Shown one piece after another: positions 23,903 to 26,287 of a DNA stretch of 26,287 nt; within the stretch, counting starts at the first letter, position 1, and every line of letters begins with the position of its first letter. Below the pieces are notes generated by a model. It searched no databases. It was given only the letters and a program-made list of their open reading frames with translations, and had not been told where the DNA came from. This stretch comes from a virus (Duplodnaviria; Heunggongvirae; Uroviricota; Caudoviricetes), in the IMG/VR virus record IMGVR_UViG_2609460221_000003; one strand, 5' to 3'. The position numbers were made by a program, and so were the translations under genes.

Positions 23903-24645
23903 ATGACACAGACTGAATCAGCGATTCTGGCGCATGCCCGGCGGTGTGCGCCTGCGGAGTCGTGCGGCTTCGTGATAAGCACGCCGGAGGGGGAGCGGTA
24001 TATCCCTTGTGTGAATATTTCCGCAGAGCCGGAGGCGTATTTTCGTATCGCACCGGAAGACTGGCTGCGGGCAGAGATGCAGGGGGAGATTGTGGCACTG
24101 GTCCACAGTCATCCCGGTGAGCTGCCCTGGCTGAGCGAGGCTGACCGGCGGCTGCAGATAAAAAGCGCACTGCCTGGTGGCTGGTCTGCCGGGGGGAAAT
24201 TCATAAATTCCGCTGTGTGCCACATCTGACAGGACGGCGCTTTGAGCACGGGGTGACGGACTGTTACACGCTGTTCCGGGATGCATACCATCTGGCGGGA
24301 ATTGATATGCCGGATTTTCATCGCGAGGATGACTGGTGGCGCAACGGCCAGAACCTGTACCTGGACAATATGGCGGTCACCGGCTTTTACCGGGTGNCCC
24401 TGTCCTCTGCACAGCCGGGCGATATCCTGCTGTGCTGCTTCGGCGCATCGGTGGCTAATCATGCCGCCATTTACTGCGGCAACGGTGAACTGCTTCACCA
24501 TATTCCTGAACAACTGAGTAAACGGGAGAGGTATTCCGAAAAATGGCAACGACGAACGCATTCTGTCTGGCGTCACCGCCACTGGCACACATCTGCCTTC
24601 ACGGGGATTTACAACGATTTGGCCGCCGCCTCAGCCTGTATGTGA
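23903..24645 (+). CDS. K: Tail assembly protein K (MPN/JAB plus NlpC/P60 domains), frame-disrupted
   Basis: N-terminal piece MTQTESAILAHARRC... (MPN-like, HSHP motif) ends at 24229; C-terminal piece with NlpC/P60 Cys/His motif (GDILLCCFGASVANHAAIYCGNGELLHH) is in another frame from about 24217; N at 24397. 3' end uncertain (overlaps I). Confidence 0.75.
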
Positions 24646-25223
24646 ACACGGCAGCGGAAGTCATCCGGGCGCTGTCGTTACAGGTGCCGGGCTTTCGCCG
24701 TCAGATGAACGAAGGCTGGTACCAGATACGTATTGCCGGTTATGACACGGCACCGGAGGCGGTGTATGCCCGTCTTCACGAACAGCTGGGTGAGGGAACG
24801 GTCATCCACATTGTGCCGCGACTGGCCGGGGCCGGAAAGGGTGGACTGCAGATTGTGCTGGGGGCGGCAGCCATCGTGGGCTCTTTCTTCACGGCCGGAG
24901 GCTCGATGGCGTTATGGGGTACAGCCCTGAGTGCCGGTGGTTTTTCTGCCACCACGATGCTGTTTTCACTGGGTGCCAGCATGATACTGGGCGGAGTGGC
25001 CCAGATGCTGGCCCCGAAGGCAAAAACACCGGATTACCGCGCAACGGATAACGGCAGACAGAACACGTACTTTTCCTCGCTGGATAACATGATTGCCCAG
25101 GGGAACCCGATGCCGGTGCCTTACGGGGAAATGCTGGTTGGCTCCCGCCGTATATCCCAGGACATCAGCACCCGTGATGAAGGCGGGGGCGGAAAGGTCG
25201 TGGTTATCGGGCGGCAGGGGTAA
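24543..25223 (+). CDS. I: Tail assembly protein I
   Basis: 226 aa, lambda I-like (ICLHGDLQRFGRR...GVAQMLAPKAKTP...NTYFSSLDNM). Confidence 0.85.
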   Translation: MATTNAFCLASPPLAHICLHGDLQRFGRRLSLYVNTAAEVIRALSLQVPGFRRQMNEGWYQIRIAGYDTAPEAVYARLHEQLGEGTVIHIVPRLAGAGKGGLQIVLGAAAIVGSFFTAGGSMALWGTALSAGGFSATTMLFSLGASMILGGVAQMLAPKAKTPDYRATDNGRQNTYFSSLDNMIAQGNPMPVPYGEMLVGSRRISQDISTRDEGGGGKVVVIGRQG

Positions 25224-25230
25224 AAAGAAT

Positions 25231-25268
25231 AAAAAAATCCCGCAGTGATCGCGGACAGGAACTGCGGG
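25231..25268 (-). terminator. Intrinsic terminator oriented for the minus strand
   Basis: Plus strand AAAAAAA then CCCGCAGT-(14-nt loop)-ACTGCGGG; on the minus strand this is a hairpin followed by a U-run. Confidence 0.45.
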
Positions 25269-25330
25269 AGAGTTACGAAGATTAAGTGTAAGGAATTATT
25301 CTTATATCACGACAAAAAAATTAACGCAGA
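25231..25330 (-). ncRNA. Candidate small RNA (about 95 nt) between tail genes I and J
   Basis: Minus-strand sigma70-like promoter TTCACA-16 bp-TATAAT (plus coordinates 25356-25361 and 25334-25339), then about 95 nt with no ORF, ending at the minus-strand terminator 25231-25268. Confidence 0.3.
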
Positions 25331-25432
25331 GAAATTATACGCGCCACAGTCAGTGTGTGAAAATGTGAAGATATTCAGAATTTTTATGCCATTACCGGTT
25401 TTAACCAACAGGATTATCGGTGGGCATGAAAG

Positions 25433-25470
25433 AAAACCCCGGTATCTGCTGATACCGGGGTTTCTCTTTA
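25433..25470. terminator. Bidirectional intrinsic terminator
   Basis: GAAAGAAAA-CCCCGGTAT-CTGCTG-ATACCGGGG-TTTCTCTTT: perfect 9-bp stem, A-rich upstream, T-rich downstream. Confidence 0.55.
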
Positions 25471-25566
25471 GCATGGCAGAAATGTGTTTCATGCTTTTCG
25501 GGCGAAGGATATCCGACTTCTGTACGGAATGGCAAGTGGCGGTTAATTTATTCAGGGGAAGGCTGT

Positions 25567-26287
25567 ATGGGAAAAGGTGGCGGTAAGGCACACACGCCTC
25601 GTGAGGCGAAGGATAATCTCAAATCCACGCAGATGATGAGTGTGATTGATGCGATTGGTGAGGGACCGATAGAAGGTCCGGTGAAGGGACTGCAGAGTAT
25701 TCTGGTGAACAAAACCCCGCTGACGGACACGGACGGTAATCCCGTGATACACGGTGTGACCGCGGTCTGGCGTGCCGGGGAGCAGGAGCAGACACCACCG
25801 GAAGGCTTTGAGTCCTCCGGAGCTGAAACCGGACTGGGCGTGGAAGTGACGAAGGCAAAACCGGTGACGCGCACCATTACGTCCGCGAACATTGACCGCC
25901 TGCGGGTTACCTTCGGGGTGCAGTCACTGGTGCAGACCACGTCAAAGGGCGACCGTAATCCTTCCTCTGTCCGGATTCTGATTCAGTTACAGCGTAATGG
26001 CCGCTGGGTGACGGAAAAGGACGTCACCATTAACGGCAAGACCACCTCACAGTTCCTGGCCTCGGTGATTCTGGATAATCTGCCTCCCCGGCCCTTTAAC
26101 ATCCGGATGGTCAGGGAGACGGCGGACAGCACCACGGACCAGCTGCAGAATAAGACGCTGTGGTCGTCATACACCGAAATCATCGATGTGAAACAGTGCT
26201 ACCCGAACACGGCCATTGTGGGGCTGCAGGTGGATGCGGAGCAGTTCGGCGGCCAGCAGATGACGGTGAACTACCATATCCGCGGTC
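25567..26287 (+). CDS. J: Host specificity / central tail fibre protein J, N-terminal part (3' end beyond window)
   Basis: ATG 25567 opens a frame that runs without a stop to the window end; translation MGKGGGKAHTPREAKDNLKSTQMMSVIDAIGEGPIEGPV... matches the lambda J N-terminus. Absent from the ORF track because it has no stop. Confidence 0.9.
   Translation, partial: MGKGGGKAHTPREAKDNLKSTQMMSVIDAIGEGPIEGPVKGLQSILVNKTPLTDTDGNPVIHGVTAVWRAGEQEQTPPEGFESSGAETGLGVEVTKAKPVTRTITSANIDRLRVTFGVQSLVQTTSKGDRNPSSVRILIQLQRNGRWVTEKDVTINGKTTSQFLASVILDNLPPRPFNIRMVRETADSTTDQLQNKTLWSSYTEIIDVKQCYPNTAIVGLQVDAEQFGGQQMTVNYHIRG

Noticed and set aside
25245-25591. Plus ORF 25245-25586 (113 aa) and minus ORF 25307-25591 (94 aa) in the I-J gap
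   Set aside because: Both run through the terminator hairpins and into the J start; translations are low-complexity; the region is better explained as non-coding regulatory/sRNA sequence.

Overview
This window is the late region of a lambdoid (lambda/HK97-mosaic) prophage of the Escherichia/Shigella type, all on the + strand. Order: nin-region end (DUF968-like protein, RusA resolvase), antiterminator Q, a pR'/tR'-like unit, a roughly 1.4-kb accessory region where Stx phages carry stxAB (no toxin or tRNA genes here), a NanS-p-type sialate O-acetylesterase, a lysis cassette (pinholin, two unknown genes, SAR endolysin, small hydrophobic ORFs, Rz/Rz1), a TonB-C-domain lipoprotein moron, HNH endonuclease, cos-like repeat cluster, TerS/TerL, HK97-type protease-scaffold/major capsid, an 861-aa portal with internal 162-bp tandem repeats, head-tail joining genes, major tail protein, G/G-T chaperone with an AAAAAAG slippery site, tape measure, and lambda-like M, L, K, I and the start of J. 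The sequence is draft quality (7 N bases) and several long genes are split by frame changes (tape measure, K, gp10-like gene, nanS-p N-terminus, protease/capsid junction), so pseudogene calls are not safe. All homology statements are from reading the translations and recalled family signatures; no database search was run. The most interesting candidates are two paralogous terminator-capped structured-RNA-like units in the toxin-equivalent locus, the TonB-C lipoprotein moron, the unannotated insertions in the lysis cassette, the portal C-terminal repeat extension, and a promoter/terminator-flanked candidate small RNA between I and J.
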